From Okamejei kenojei (Eukaryota): a stretch of 64,000 nucleotides of DNA. The notes under the pieces are model-generated. The model was not told the origin of the DNA, did no database searches, and was given only the letters and a program-made list of their open reading frames with translations. A program made the position numbers and the translations under genes. Positions 36,991 through 51,176 of this stretch are shown piece after piece. Location of the stretch: NCBI GenBank assembly GCA_035221665.1, contig CM069135.1, forward strand, positions 90,396,001 through 90,460,000. The letters are read 5' to 3'. Position 1 is the stretch's first letter, and each line of letters opens with the position of its first letter.

Positions 36991-39900
36991 AAAGTTGGAA
37001 ACATTCCGATCAACCTTAATGTATTCCTGCTGCAATGATCCACATTTGCCAAGTATTAATGTGGTTTATCCTGCAGTGACCCAATTTCACAAAGTTTTGA
37101 AGCACTTTATCTACTTGTGACCTATATTAGCCACATTCTAGCACAGTTGATTCAGCAATGATTTACGGTTGTGCTGCTGCACAGAATGCAGATTAAAATA
37201 AATGAATAATTTGTGAGAACTGAACTAAGTAGGAACTGAGCCATTTTGTTCCTTCATAAATTGATCAGTCACCTGGACGGACAGTCCAGAACCAATAATC
37301 ATAATCCAAGGATTAATCATTCAGGACTGACATGAGGAAACACGTGTACTGAAAGGGTGAAAATCTCAGGCATTCTCCATGTGGATGAATGTATTTAGGA
37401 TTGGGATGGGTAGCTTTGTGGCCATTATGATGGGGCAGCATTGTGTATTGACTGACATTGCTCCCTGAACCTAAAGGGACAAATATCATTTAACGTTATA
37501 GAGTCATGCAGAAGGGAAAACTGGCCCTTTGGTTCACCAAGTCTGCGCTAACTACCAATCACCATTTACACTCATTTTGCTCCCCTCTGAGCAAAGAATT
37601 ATTTTCATTTTTGTCCAAAATAACTGACTTTTAAATCTGGATAATTCTGAATCTTGGTTTCATAATTATTGCTCAGGGAATCTTTGTCCTCACATCTACC
37701 CTGTCAAGCCTGCATAAGAATTTTCTATCGATCAGTGAAACCACCTCTCATTCTTCTAAACTCCAGAGATGGAAACCTATTTAAACTTTCATCCTTAAAC
37801 AATCCTCCCAGCAATCAATCTGGTGAACCTTTGTTGAACTCCTTCCATCGCAAGGATATTCTTCCTTTGATGGAGAAGCCCAGTCCCGCACGCAATATAT
37901 ATGTGCAGTCTCACCAGGGTCCTATTTCAATAATACAAATGCATTTGTGCTCAAACCCTCTTGTAATTAAAGCCAATATACCATTTACCTTCCTCATCTC
38001 TTGTTGCATCTGCTTTTTTAACTTTCAGATTATTGGGTACGGCACCCAGGTCCTTTTGCAAGCAATGCCATTTTTAAAAGTACTGTTTTTAATTTAAGGT
38101 GCATAATTTAACATTCTATTCCTTCTGCTGTTCTCGCTCATTCGCTTAATTAATCTACATCGCGGTGCAGGCTCGAAGGGCCAAATGGCCAAATGGCCTC
38201 CACCTGCACCTATTTTCTATGTTTTTTTCTATCTCCTGGAATTTTCCTCAAATCCTCTTCATGAACCGCACTGACTCCCAGCTTCGTATCGTTAGCACAT
38301 GTATACATGTCACACAAGTTTTCATCATCTAAATCATAGATGCATGTTGTTAACAGCCGAGGCTCCCTTCACTAATCTCTGCAGGACCACACTGGTCACA
38401 GCTTTCCATCCCAAAGATGTCCAGTTGGTCCCATTTATTAATTTTCTTTCCATGAACCCAATCCACAATCCATGCCAGTACAGAATCCCTAATAAATTGA
38501 TACTCCCTATTATTTGAACAACCTCTTAACTTACATAATACCTCTTCAAATACCTGCCAACAGTCTAGATCCACCATGTGCATTGCTTCCCCTTTATCTA
38601 CTCTGCTAGTTACAACCTGAGAAAAAACACAAACCTTATCTCCTAATATATCCATGTTGACTTTGGCTAATTGTGTAAATTATTTTCCAAATACTATTTA
38701 CAATTTCATTAATTATGGGTTCCAGCATTTTTCCAACTACTGGTATCAGGCTAACTAGTTTGTGCTTCCCCCTTTTCTCTTAAATAGTGATGCAACATTT
38801 TCTAACTTCCAAGCTGTGGAAATGATTCTGAAGTCAATGGAACTTTGAGAGCTAACAAGCAGTGCATCTATTGCGTGCACGTGGTCCATATCGCTGTATT
38901 CCCTGCATGTTCATGTGTCATGCATCAAGGTCCTGGTTAGTTATTGCCTTTCAGCTCCATTCATTTTTCCAAGCTACTTCCTTATTCCCCAACATAATTT
39001 ATCTTGTCATTCTCTGGTTCTCGGTCTTTAAAAACTCAACATCAACTATTGTTTATCATTCCCTTTATTCAATAGATTTTAGAGTGTGATTTCATGTTTC
39101 TCACAAGAATATTCCACTTTTCCCTTCATTATTAATTTATTGTTTCTCCATTGCTGAATTCTGGCATTTCCCAATCCCTATACTTACACTTTTTGACAAT
39201 ATTATGAACCTTTTGTTTGATCCGCAAATGCTGCCTGACGTGTTGAGCATTTCCAGCATTTTCTGTTTAATTTCACAATCTGCAAGATTTTTTTTATTTT
39301 CATCTACTGCTAACCCCCCATAAACATCTCACATTTCATGCACATTCACTGTTTACGTTGCTTAGCTTTAAGACCCTGGTGTCAAATTGAACGAAATCGC
39401 TTTCAATCTAAATAAAAAACTCTATCAAAGTCTCATTCCCAGATCCCCAAATGCAATTTAACCCAAAAGTTATTACTAATTACTAGTACTAACAAATACT
39501 AAAATTAGGGAACTGCTCTACCCGAGATCGCGAGTAGTAGCAGAGTTGTGAACACAGCCCAGTCGATCACTCAAACCAGCTTCCCCACCATCGACTCCAT
39601 CTATATTCCACTAACACCTTGGTCCTTCTCTCTTATCCCTACTTCCGTCAGACAAAAGATTCTAAAGTTTGAAATCACGTACCACCAGCTTCAAGAACCG
39701 CTTCTTCCCTGGAAGCTGTCAGAACATAGTCAATTAGCATTGATAATATGTTACCAAGGCTGAAGATAGTTTCACATCCCCAGGTCCACAATCACCAGGC
39801 ATTGGTCACTTGACACTGAAACCAACACCTGGATTACCAAAGCTCCAGCTGTTAAATCCAAACTGTGGACGACAGTGCTGATCAAGAGCACACACCTCCT

Positions 39901-41431
39901 CAGTAGTTCAAAACCAGGACAATATATGCAAGGCATGGGAAGAGGTTTAACAGTTTTCACTTTTGTTGCCTCAGGCTTATGATGGTAGGACAAGATCAGC
40001 AAAGTCCCACTTTACTTACTCATTTGGTGTCAGAATATTCAGTCAATATAAGTCAAATATTCTCTTAGTTCTGACCATCCCTCCACCACTTTCCCCATTA
40101 TTGAAAACTGACTTGTTTTCTCTCTTATTCATTTCTGATGAGGGGTTTCAGATGAGAAACATGTTATTTTCCAAAGATACTGCCTGGCCTGCTGAGTTCT
40201 TCCAGCAGGAACAGTGGCCTCAGGAGAGGAGTCCATGTACCTCCAAGCAGACCACGCCTACAAGTACCCGAATAGACCTGGATAGAGTGGATGGGGAATG
40301 TTTCCACTAGCGGGAGAGTCTAGGACCAGAGGTCACAGCCTCAGAATGAAAGTGCATTCCTTTAGGAAGATGAGGAAAACCTTCCTTAGTCAGAGGGCGG
40401 TGAATCTGTGAAATTCATTGCCACAGAAGGCTGTGGAGGCCGTGGATATTTTTAAGGCAGAGACAGATAGATTCTTGATTAGTACGAATGTCAGGGGTTA
40501 TAGGGAAAAGGCAGGAGAATGAGGTTAAGAGGAAAAGATAAATTGGCCATGATTGAATGGCGGAGTAGACTTGTTGGGCCAAATGTCATAATTCTGCTCC
40601 TATTACTTATGAACTTATGAACCCAACACTCCCAAGAGGGAGTATTACCTTAACGCTATTGCCTTTAACTGCTGTTACATCATGAAATTCAGTCGACTAA
40701 ACACCACCCAGGGTGCAAACCTGGATATTCCTTCAGATATCAATGCACTCTGAAGGCCAATGGCACAAAGTCAGGAAATTGTCCCCCTGAAGGCTTCCTG
40801 ATGGGCCACGCCTGTGGACTGGGAATGCGGCCGGAGGCCTATATCCAGGCACCACGGTCTCGATGCCTTCTGGATCACCGTGTAGAAGCCCAGGTCGGGG
40901 CCGGGCCGGGGCCTCACGGGTTGGACGGAGGAGCCAGACCTCGCGGGTAGGAGTCCGGGCCGACGGAGCGGCCGACACTTAAGTCAGCACCATGGAAGGG
41001 TGAAGTGGAGTGTCGACGGCGGCGAGACCTCAACAGCCTCGAAGCAGTGGCGGCGGCGACGCCTCACGGGTCGATGAGAGTGTGGAGGACCACCGTGAGG
41101 GGGGGGGGGGAGAACAATAGACAATTGGGGACCCGGCGTGGGGGAACCGCTGTGGGGGGGAAGAGATCAAAAGTAGGAGCCGGCGTACTTTGTAACTTTG
41201 TCAGCACCATAGGTGGCTGCTATTTGTATACATTGGGAATGCAGCAAAGAATTGCACTGTGCCTAGTCACATGTGACAATAAAGTATTCTCTTCCATTCA
41301 TGTTCCAATATGCCTCATCACACCAGACTAGACTTCCATTTGATCTTTCCATTTTTAATCAAATAATAAAAGTGTTCACGCAATATACCAGTACAGGTTT
41401 TATCTGCATTAGAAGAGTGTTTACCAACTTA

Positions 41432-41629
<198 letters not shown>

Positions 41630-43673
41630 CTAAAAGGAAAAAGAGGAGTGTTTTAGCAGCAACATGCATAGCAACATACATTTTCTTTAATTAGCACTGT
41701 TACTGCCTGGAACCCACATCCACATTTTCTGGTGAGATGATTTGGCCAGTAACTACATCAACAGCTTCCCAAATATTTGTGCACGCTCTCTCCCAACTGA
41801 GATTTATTTTTCTGCCCCCCTACCCCACTATCAGTTATCACTCTAATTGTAAACACTGAGTAAAATGGTTCTGTTTTAATATTCCTCACATCTTTTAACT
41901 TTGTCATGACCTTGATGTGAAAACCAGGGATCCTTTTTGCTTTTAATACAGCATAAAATTGTTTGAAAAATATATATTAAACTGACATTCTGAGTGGGCA
42001 GAAGAATAGCTTTTGTGAACAATAGAAGCCTTTGCATGGGAGAAGGGAAAGGAAGTGTGCACCGCTGATATCAAGGTTTAACTTCGAATTATCAGCAAAG
42101 ATCTTTACTTCTCAGCATTCCTTGCCAGAAGTCCAAGTACTCTTTGCTGAACTGATAGATGAGGATTCTTGCCATCAAAATAAAAACTTTGATATTCTGT
42201 CCTCAATCTTCAAAATTTGATGCTAGAACAAACCAAAACAGTGAAGTGTAGTGAGGCCAGACAGGACGAGCAAAATTATTTTGATTTTTAATAAAAACGA
42301 ACAAAAACCCATGAGGTACGCGTGTCTGACTGAACTAACAATAACAGCTGCTGTTGCTGGGAGGAGCGCTAACTAACTGACACACCCCAAAAGCCCGCGC
42401 AAACCAACATCCCGCGGTCACATGACCGCACTTTCCAATGAAGAGTGTCCTGCCCTCTCCACCCCACCACTAGATGCCGCTACAGGACGCCCCCAGAACC
42501 CGAGGAAAGGAAACGAGCGGGCGTCCGAACGACCCAACCAGACCGAGTGGAGACAGGAGGGACCGGCACAACCGGTGCCACAGTCGGAACCAGGCAAACA
42601 GGCGGAAAAGGGGAAACAGGCACAACCAGGGAACATGGCGCGGCCGGCGGACAACCCCTACGCCGGGGTTGAGCCATCACCGGGGTCGGGCAGTCGACAT
42701 CCAAATGAGCAGGCTTGAAGCGGGCCACAGACATGATCTGCTCACGACCCTTGATGGTAAGCGGCCGAGGAAATCGCCAAAACGCCTCCACCTAACCGGG
42801 AAGGGGTGTAGCCCAAGGAAGGAGATGGAGCTGAGACCGAACTGGCACTTGGTGGCGTTAATGACCAACCCGTGATCCCGGAGCCGCTGGAACAGCACGC
42901 GGAAGTGCTCACAGTGTTCATGATGAGAATGGCTGGCGACCAGAATCTCATCGAGATAAATGAAAACAAAGTTCAAACCTTGAGCAACCATGTCCTTCGG
43001 GCATTGAAAAGCCTGCACGACATTTTTAAGTACAAAAGGCATCCGCAACCACTCATACAGGCCAAACGGAGTAATGATAGCAGTCTTGGGCACATCATCG
43101 GGATGGACGGGAATCGGATGGTAGCCATGCACCAGATCGACCTTCGAAAATATGATAGCACCATCCAAATGAGCCGTGAAATCCTGGAAATACGGGACCG
43201 GGTAGTGATAGGCGGTAGTGACGGTATTCAGGCGGCGATAATCCCCACACGGCCGCCACCCCCCGGACGACCAAGGAACCACGTGAAGTGCGCCCTAGCA
43301 TGCAGTGGAGGGCCAGCCGTGAGGATGTGATGCTCCGCGCCATGCTATGGGGCAGCCGAATGGAATCGTGGGGTCAGGATTTCCGGGAATTCCGCCAGAA
43401 TCGAGGCATAAGCCCCGCCCACAGCCGACACAGACCCGAGCTGCGGATCGAGAGAAACCGCGGGCCTCGGGGCCACAGGCAGGGGGTGCCCGGAGGAACG
43501 AGGCACTGGCCCCGGACGTCCACAATGAGAGAAAAATCCCACAAAAAATCAGCTCGAGCAACGACTGGGAGTCGTCCGCGATTGAGAAGGGCCACGAATA
43601 ACGGTGAGAATCGAGGAAGAAGGAAAGAGTCCGAGTTCCGTAGGAGCGAATGGGGCTGCCATTAACGGCGGCC

Positions 43674-45473
43674 CTCGTGCTTTTCTACGAGATTCCAAGT
43701 TTATGTTAACGAGTTTCAACGAGTTCCCATGTGTATGTCTAACTTTGCCGTTTACTTCTCATTTCTGCGAAGTACCAAGTTCCTCTTGAGTCAACAACAA
43801 CTACCGACATGTGGAAAAATCATCACACGGGGACTAAGAGTGCAAAAGAGCAGCGAGACCATCTCTGCTCATACTACAATTCAATATTGGGCAGTGTGCC
43901 GTGGCAGGACAGCGTACTTTGAGGGACAGCTGACAACAGGTACACCACTGCATGAGGAGAGCCCACATGCAGACAAATTCAGTAAATGTCATGTTCAGTT
44001 TAAATCCTGCTGACTTTGTTTGATTTAACTTTAAGTGTGGATTTATATTTTCATTTTAGTGTAAATAATTTCATTGCATCTATCTGTTCTTGAAGCAGTG
44101 ATTATCATGCATCTGCTTGTCTGATTAGTGTAGGTAGATCTCAAAACATAGCCATTGAGTGCATTGCATTGTCTGTTTTATTGCCAGAATTTAGGCTTGT
44201 GCTCTATTTCTCAGCTGAATGAGAGGAAATACTGGAAATAGTTCTTAGTGTTTTATTTGTTAATTGACATGTATGAGAAGCCCTTCTTCAAACCACTGTG
44301 TTATTTGCTGTGGTGCTCCTTTTCTCAAGATGTGCAAAAATGTGCTTTATTTATTGAACAAGATGAATAAAGACTTTGTTTCACATTGTCTTATTTTCTG
44401 ATCTACTGAGAGGTTAAACTGTTTTACATCTAAAAAGCACAGCACATGAGGCACCTGAGTCCTTCACTCTCACAAATGATTGTGAGAATCAAGATGTGAA
44501 TAGATTGTATCACTTCCTCTATTTTGTGTTTTATGAAAGGGGTTGGATAGGCTAGATGCACGAAGATTGTTCCCGATGTTGGGGAGGTCCAGAACAAGGA
44601 GTCACAGTCTAAGGATAAGGGGGAATTCCTTTAGGACCGAGATGAGGAAAACATTTTTCACACAGAGAGTGGTGAGTCTCTGGAATTATCTGCCACAGAA
44701 GGTAGTTGAGGCCAGTTCATTGGCTATATTTAAGAGGGAGTTAGATGTGGCCCTTGTGGCTAAAGGGATCAGGGGGTATGGAGAGAAGGCAGGTACAGGA
44801 TACTGAGTTGGATGATCAGCCATGATCATATTGAATGGCGGTGCAGGCTCGAAGGGCCGAATGGCCTACTCCTGCACCTATTTTCTATGTTTCTATGTTT
44901 CTATGATGAAAGGGATATTACATTCAAGTCATGAAACTTTGGAATGATATTAAAATGAAGACTTGCAGACATCAATTTGATTTTGATAACAAAGAACTCT
45001 CTTTTATTGTGCATAGAAGTAAACAAACAATGAGAATCAAACGGATTCGTAAAAAGCTTTTCAACACTATAAGCCATTAGAAAATGTGGGAGTATCCAAA
45101 AAAAATGAAAACATGCTCAAACAGGCAAAAAACAACATAAACATACAGATAAGAATCTACATCAGCTACCGAGTTAAGAGTACCCACGAGTCACTACGGT
45201 AAACTTACAGGCTACTACGGTATTACAATGAGTTTAATAGTATCAAATTTTTCCTTCAAGAGTATATTTGACTCGTGGAAATCTTTCAACATGTTGAAAA
45301 TTTTTCACGAGTTAACACGTTTCCTGAGTACCTTCCGTTAGCGTTACGAGTCGCTAAGTTACGTCCACAAGCTCCGACGTTCCCGCTACGTTCATTCTAC
45401 GTGATTACCACGAGTTTGATTTGTTTTTAACTCAGGACAACTCGTGGGTGGACTCGCTACGTGGGACAGGGGT
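43674..45473. mobile_element. Harbinger-like non-autonomous element inserted in the Gypsy protease region; left TIR lost
   Basis: Right end gtgggacaggggt followed by ttaa matches the Harbinger-type ends at ~51165 and ~58290; the Gypsy frame resumes at AAVNGSPIRSYG. Confidence 0.55.
44542..44905 (+). mobile_element. Young 5'-truncated CR1 insertion
   Basis: 9-bp TSD atgaaaggg (44533-44541, 44906-44914); (TTTCTATG)n tail. Confidence 0.9.
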
Positions 45474-47316
45474 TTAACCAGCAGGGGTATCGAGGCCGAT
45501 CGAAGGTATGATGCTGATCTCAGCCCCAGAGTCCACGAGGAAACGAAGCCCGAAATGGCGATCCCTGACGTAGAGGCGATGTTTCTGGCCGACCGGAATA
45601 GCCTCTACTGGCGATCGGCCGAGGCATTTCCCGAAAACGAGCAGGGGGGCATGGCATTGGCGAGCCTCCGCACCGCAACTTTGGTGGTTATAACACCGCT
45701 GGCGCTTACTGCGAACCACGACGGTGGACTGCGAACCAGCTAAGTCACCCTGAGGAGGAACAGCCCGGCGAGGATGCTGTGATAACGGCATGGACACCAG
45801 GCTGATGGAACCGCCATCCTGCTGTTTGGTAAGCCATAGCTCATCCGCCCGTTCAGCGAGCCGCAGGGGGTCGGTGAAATCAGACCCAGCAAGAAGCAAG
45901 ATGTCATCGGGTATCTGCTCCAGAAACGCCTGTTTGAACAATAGGCAAGGCTGTTGTCCATCCATGAGCGCTAACATCTCACTCATGAGAACTGACGGCT
46001 GACAATCACCCAGACCGTCCATATGTAGCAGCCGAGCCGGGCGATCGCGGAGGCCGAGCCCGAAGGTGCGCTGCAGCAAAGCCTTCAGGACCTCATACCT
46101 GCCAATGGCAGGCGGATTCTGCAGCAACGGCAGCAACCGTGATGCTGTATCCTGGGTGAGAGCGCCCACCATGTAGAAGCAGCAGGTCGCATCCACAACG
46201 ATCTGGCGGAGCTCAAACTGGGCCTCGATATGTGCGAAGCACACATGAGGCTGCGCCGCCCAGAACAAGGGCAGTTTAAGTGCAACCGCATTCTGCTGGG
46301 CGGGCGAGTTGTCGAAGTTCTCGTCGGCGTACATGGCGAGAAGAAATCCGAAAAACGTTCAGATCGTCGAGGTTACCAAATGTAGTGAGGCCAGACAGGT
46401 CGAGCAAAATAATTTTTATTTTTAATAAAAACGAACAAAAACCCATGAAGTACACGTGTTGCGGGGAGGAGCGCTGACTAACTAAATGACACACCCCAAA
46501 AGCCCGCGAAAACCAACACCCCGCGGTCACATGACCCGACCGACCAACGAGGAGGGTTCTGCCCTCTCTACCTCGCCACTAGGTGCCGATACAGGAGGCT
46601 ATTTTACAATTTCAACTCCAACATTTTGATCTATGTTAGCATATTCATTCACCGAGAAGCTCTTTCACTTGATCAAACTTACTTCGGTCTCAAACAGCTC
46701 TAACTGCGGGTCAGTTGTGGCTTCCACGTCATCCTATCTATGTAATGTCAACATTAATAGCAGAGACCATGCTATAATTTAGTTATTCAAACTTGAATCA
46801 CCCTTAATTTGAGAGTGCTGGAGATATAATGGCAGTAAAATATGGCTGCACAGCATCAGTTTTTGCAGTACTTAGAGTTTTTTGTCTTTGTTCATGAATA
46901 ACAAACAAGTACATTTTGCTTTGCTAGCATATTGAACAATGAAGTCACACATGCATCCTACATGCACATCAGTGGAATTCAGGGTAGATATCAAACACAA
47001 ATCTCATGCCAGAATTGGCACTTGGTTCTGGAAAGGTGCCAACATATTGGATAGCAGTGAAAGTGATGCCCTTATCAAGAAATGAACTGGAGGCCATTAG
47101 CTTAACTTGTATTAATGGGATGATGCTGGAATCTATACTCAGGTCATTTCAAAATGCTTAATGTAATGCAATCACACCAAGTCAACATCGATTCATGAAA
47201 GGGAAAAATATTTAACTAATTTAGCTTTAGTTCTTCAAGGACGTGACAAGCAAAGTAAAGAACGGGTAGTAGGTGTTAGGAGAACAGGACATCTGGCAAT
47301 GGGGAACTACATTCGT

Positions 47317-48141
47317 TTTTGGGCAGATGCATGGCAGATAAAGTTTAATGCGGATAAATGTGAGGTTATCCACTTTGGTATCAAAAACAGGAAGGCAGAT
47401 TACTATCTAAATGGCGTCAAGTTGGGAAAAGGGGAAGTACAACAGGATTTGGGGGTCCTTGTCATTCAGTCTATGAAAGTAAGCATGTAGGTACAGCAGG
47501 CAGTGAGGAAAGTAAATGGCATATTGGCCTTTATAACAAGAGAAATCGAATATAGGAGCAAAGAGATCCTTCTGCAGTTGTATAGGGCCCTAGTGAGACC
47601 ACACCTGGAGTATGGCGTGCAGTTTTGGTCCCCTAATTTGAGGAAGGACATTCTTGCTGTTGAGGGAGTACAGCGTAGGTTTACAAGGTTAATTGCCGGG
47701 ATGGCGGGACTGTCATATGCTGAGAGAATGGAGCGGCTGGGCTTGTACACTCTGGAGTTTAGAAAGATGAGAGGGGATCTTATTGAAACATATAAGATTG
47801 TTAAGGGTTTGGACACGCTAGAGGCAGGAAACATGTTACCGATGTTGGGGGAGTCCAGAACCAGGGGCCACAGTTTAAAAATAAGTGGTAAGCCATTTAG
47901 AACGGAGACGAGGAAACACTTTTTCTCACAGAGAGTTGTGAGTCTGTGGAATTCTCTGCCTCAGAGGGCGGTGGAGGCCGGTTCTCTGGATACATTCAAG
48001 AGAGAGCTAGATAGCGGAGTCAGGGGATATGGGGAGAAGGCAGGAACGGGGTACTGATTGGGGATGATCAGCCATGATCACATTGAATGGCGGTGCTGGC
48101 TCCGAGGGCCGAATGGCCTACTCCTGTACCTATTGTCTATT
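47317..48141 (+). mobile_element. Young CR1 (HER1-like) 3' fragment
   Basis: ORF 47503-48057 (RPHLEYGVQFWSP...FFSQRVVSLWNSLP) followed by the 3' UTR. Confidence 0.9.
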
Positions 48142-50844
48142 GAGAACATATAGATGAAGGCATTTGGATAGAGTCTTAGTCATAATGTGATACAGTGTGG
48201 AAATAGGCCATCCAGTCCAACTTGCCCACACTGGTCAAGATGTCCCAGCTAGACTAGTCCTACCTGCCCACATTTGGCGCATATCTCTCCAATCTGTCCC
48301 ATCCATGTACGTGTCAAACTGTTTCTTAAATGGTGGGATAGTCCCTGCCTCAACTAACTCCTCTGGCAGTTTGTTCCATACATCTACCACCCTTTGTGTG
48401 AAAAGGTTACCCCTCAAATTCATATTAAATATTTTTCCCTTCACCTTAAACCTATGTCCTCTGGTCCTCGATTCACCTACTCTGGGCAAGAGACTCTGTG
48501 CATCTACCTGATGTATTCCGACTGATACCCAGAAGGAATTCAATAAAGTGCCACATGAAGGGCATGTGCACAGGAAAATATTGTCACAAGTCTGTTAATA
48601 TTAATTGAGGACAGGTTATCGCAAAGAAGAAAGTCAATCTGAATAAATGAGGCTTTTTCAGGAAGTAACCAGCGGAGTGCCCCGTGGAACATGTGATGCT
48701 CTCAAATAATTACTATTTATATTAATTACTTGGATGAGGAGACAGAATTTAAGGTGTCCATGTGCGCTGATGACATAAAATCGTGTATGACATGATGAGG
48801 ATATTCAATCAGAAAGTGTGAGTGAGTGAATGAGTGAGTGAACAAACACTTCACAAATGGAGTTTAACATACAAAAATGTGAGGTTGAGAAATTTGGTGA
48901 GAGAAATCAAAAGGAAGACTATTTTCTAAATGGAAATAAAAAGAAAATGGAGTACAGAGGAATCTGAGATGATATGTTAGCATGCATTTGTAGTAATAAA
49001 TTAAGAAAGTAAATGTCAATTGGTCCTTATTGCTGAGGAGTTGAAATATTAAATTAGTTAAGTATTATAAGGTCCTACGGTCATTAGTAGTAGGAGTAGA
49101 ATTAGGCCATTCGGCCCATTAAGTCTGCCATTCAATCAAAAATTGCTCACAATATTCCAAATGTGGCCTTACCAGTGCCTTATAGAGCCTCAACATTACA
49201 CCTCTGTTTTTGTATACAAGCCCGCTTGAATAAATGCTAACATTGTTTGCTTTCTTTACTACCGATTCAACTTAGAAACATAGAAAATAGGTGCAGGAGT
49301 AGGCCAGTCAGCCCTTCGAGCCAGCACCACCATTGGCTGATCATCCAAAATCAGTACCCTGTTCTGGCTTTTTCCCCCATATCCCTTGATTCCCTTAGCC
49401 CTACGACTTGCAGATTCACTTTTTGAGAATCCTGCACCAGCACTCCCAAATCCCTTTGCACCTCCAATTTCTGAATTCTCTCCCCATTTATAAAAAAGTC
49501 TATGCCTTGATTCCTACTACCAAAATGCATGACTCCACACTTTTGCTACACTATATTCCATCTGCCACTTCTCTGCCCACTCTCCCAACTTGTCCAAGTC
49601 CTTCTGCAGAGTCCCTGCTTTCTCTACACTACTTGCTTGTCCACCTATTTTCAGATCATCCGCAAACTTGGCGACAAAGCCTACAATCCTCTCGTCCAAA
49701 TCATTAATATGCAATGTGAATAGTAGCACCAACCCCTGTGGAGCTGTTATAAGTGTACAGGGTGTTGATAATGCCACAAATACTGTGTACAGTTTTGGTC
49801 CCTTATTTAAGAAAGGTTATTTCTAGCATTGGAGGCAGTCCAGAACAGATTCACTTTGTTATTTCCAGGAATTAAAAATATGTCATCTAACATAAGACTG
49901 AAATAGTTGGATAAGCATTCTTTAAAGGTTAGAAGAATACGTGGTGAACTTATTGAAACATGTAAGATCTTAAGTACCAATAATATGTTCAGATGTCTCT
50001 ACTAGTAGTGGAATCTTTACAGAGGGGTAGAGTTACAAGATAAGGGGATGGTCTTTTGAAATCGAGGTGTGATCTAATTTCTTCTCACGGAGGATGGTGA
50101 ATCCATGGAATTCTGTACTACAGATAATTGTGGAAGCTCGGTCATTGGAGGTATTTAAAGAGGAGGTAGATAAACTTTTGAAATGTTTTTAAAACCTTTG
50201 AAACCTTTCACACAAAGGGTGGTGGGTGTATGGAATGAGCTGCCGGAGGAGGTAGTTGAGGCAGGTACTGTTGCAACGTTTAAGAAACATTTAGACGGGT
50301 ATATAGATAGGAGAGGGTATGGGCCAAACACAGGCAAGTGGGACTAGTGTAGATGGAACATGTTGCCTCTAATTAGGCAGAAGGGCCTGTTTCCACACTG
50401 TAAGACTCAATGCCTGAATGAAGTAATTAAGGGCCATGAGGCAGAGAAGAGGAGTTGAGGTCTGGGGAAAATCAGCCTTGATCATGTAGAATAGCAGAGA
50501 CCAGGTGGCTCACACCTGTTCCTATTTTCTGACGTATATCCTTGATCTACAGTGACTGAGCTAACTCCATGGAAGAAGCAGAAGCAGAGCATTCAGCAGC
50601 AGCAAGAATCACCCCGCCTGCATTAATTGCAGGGATCCTCAAAGACTTGCAGGTTTGTTCAGGGATTAAGTTACAAATGCCTTTCCAGCTGTGGGACAGA
50701 TACGTATTCCACAGTGGACTTCCAATTCAGTGTGGGTACAGTCTGTCATCCATTGGAAATCTGGCAGTTTTGATCATCCCCAGACTAGTGCTGCTTGTTG
50801 TCCTCTTCAGTAAATACCTTATGCCACCTGCCTGGCAGTGAACA

Positions 50845-51176
50845 CCATGCTGAAACATGCAGAATGTTCGTAACGAGTCCGTAGGAGGCCGTGGGAGTCA
50901 GTGGATATATCGTAGCGGCTCGTTATGCCAGCCGTAGGTACTTGGGGCATCAGGTAAGTCCGGACGTTTTTCAGCATGATGAAAAATGTCCACGAGTAAA
51001 AGAAATAGCCCCGTGTACCTATGGCTGGCATAACGAGCCACTACGATATATCCACAGACTCCTAAGGCCTCCTATGGACGCATTACGAACATTCTGCGAG
51101 TTTGAAAGCTCAGGAGAATTCGTGAATAATTCAGGAGAATTCGTGAATAACTCAGGAAAGTGGGACAGGCTCTTAA
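50845..51176. mobile_element. Harbinger-like MITE right part
   Basis: Ends aagtgggacaggctct followed by taa; ACGA-rich internal motifs shared with 45170-45473 and 58120-58301. Confidence 0.6.

Larger units (their letters stand above)
42247..46593 (-). mobile_element. Decayed Gypsy LTR retrotransposon (CsRn1-like)
   Basis: LTRs 46381-46593 and 42247-42484 (TG...CA); PBS tggtaacctcgacg (tRNA-Trp-like); gag AVALKLPLFW with CHCC knuckle CYNH...C; protease FLVDSGAE; RT WRPCGDYRRLN...YLDEILVAS. Confidence 0.9.

Noticed and set aside
50569-50841. 90-aa ORF beginning MEEAEAEH, and other short ORFs right of 46600, as FAXC exons 1-2
   Set aside because: None contains the expected LHQF...PSLSPFCLKMETYLRM motif; these exons were not found in the window.
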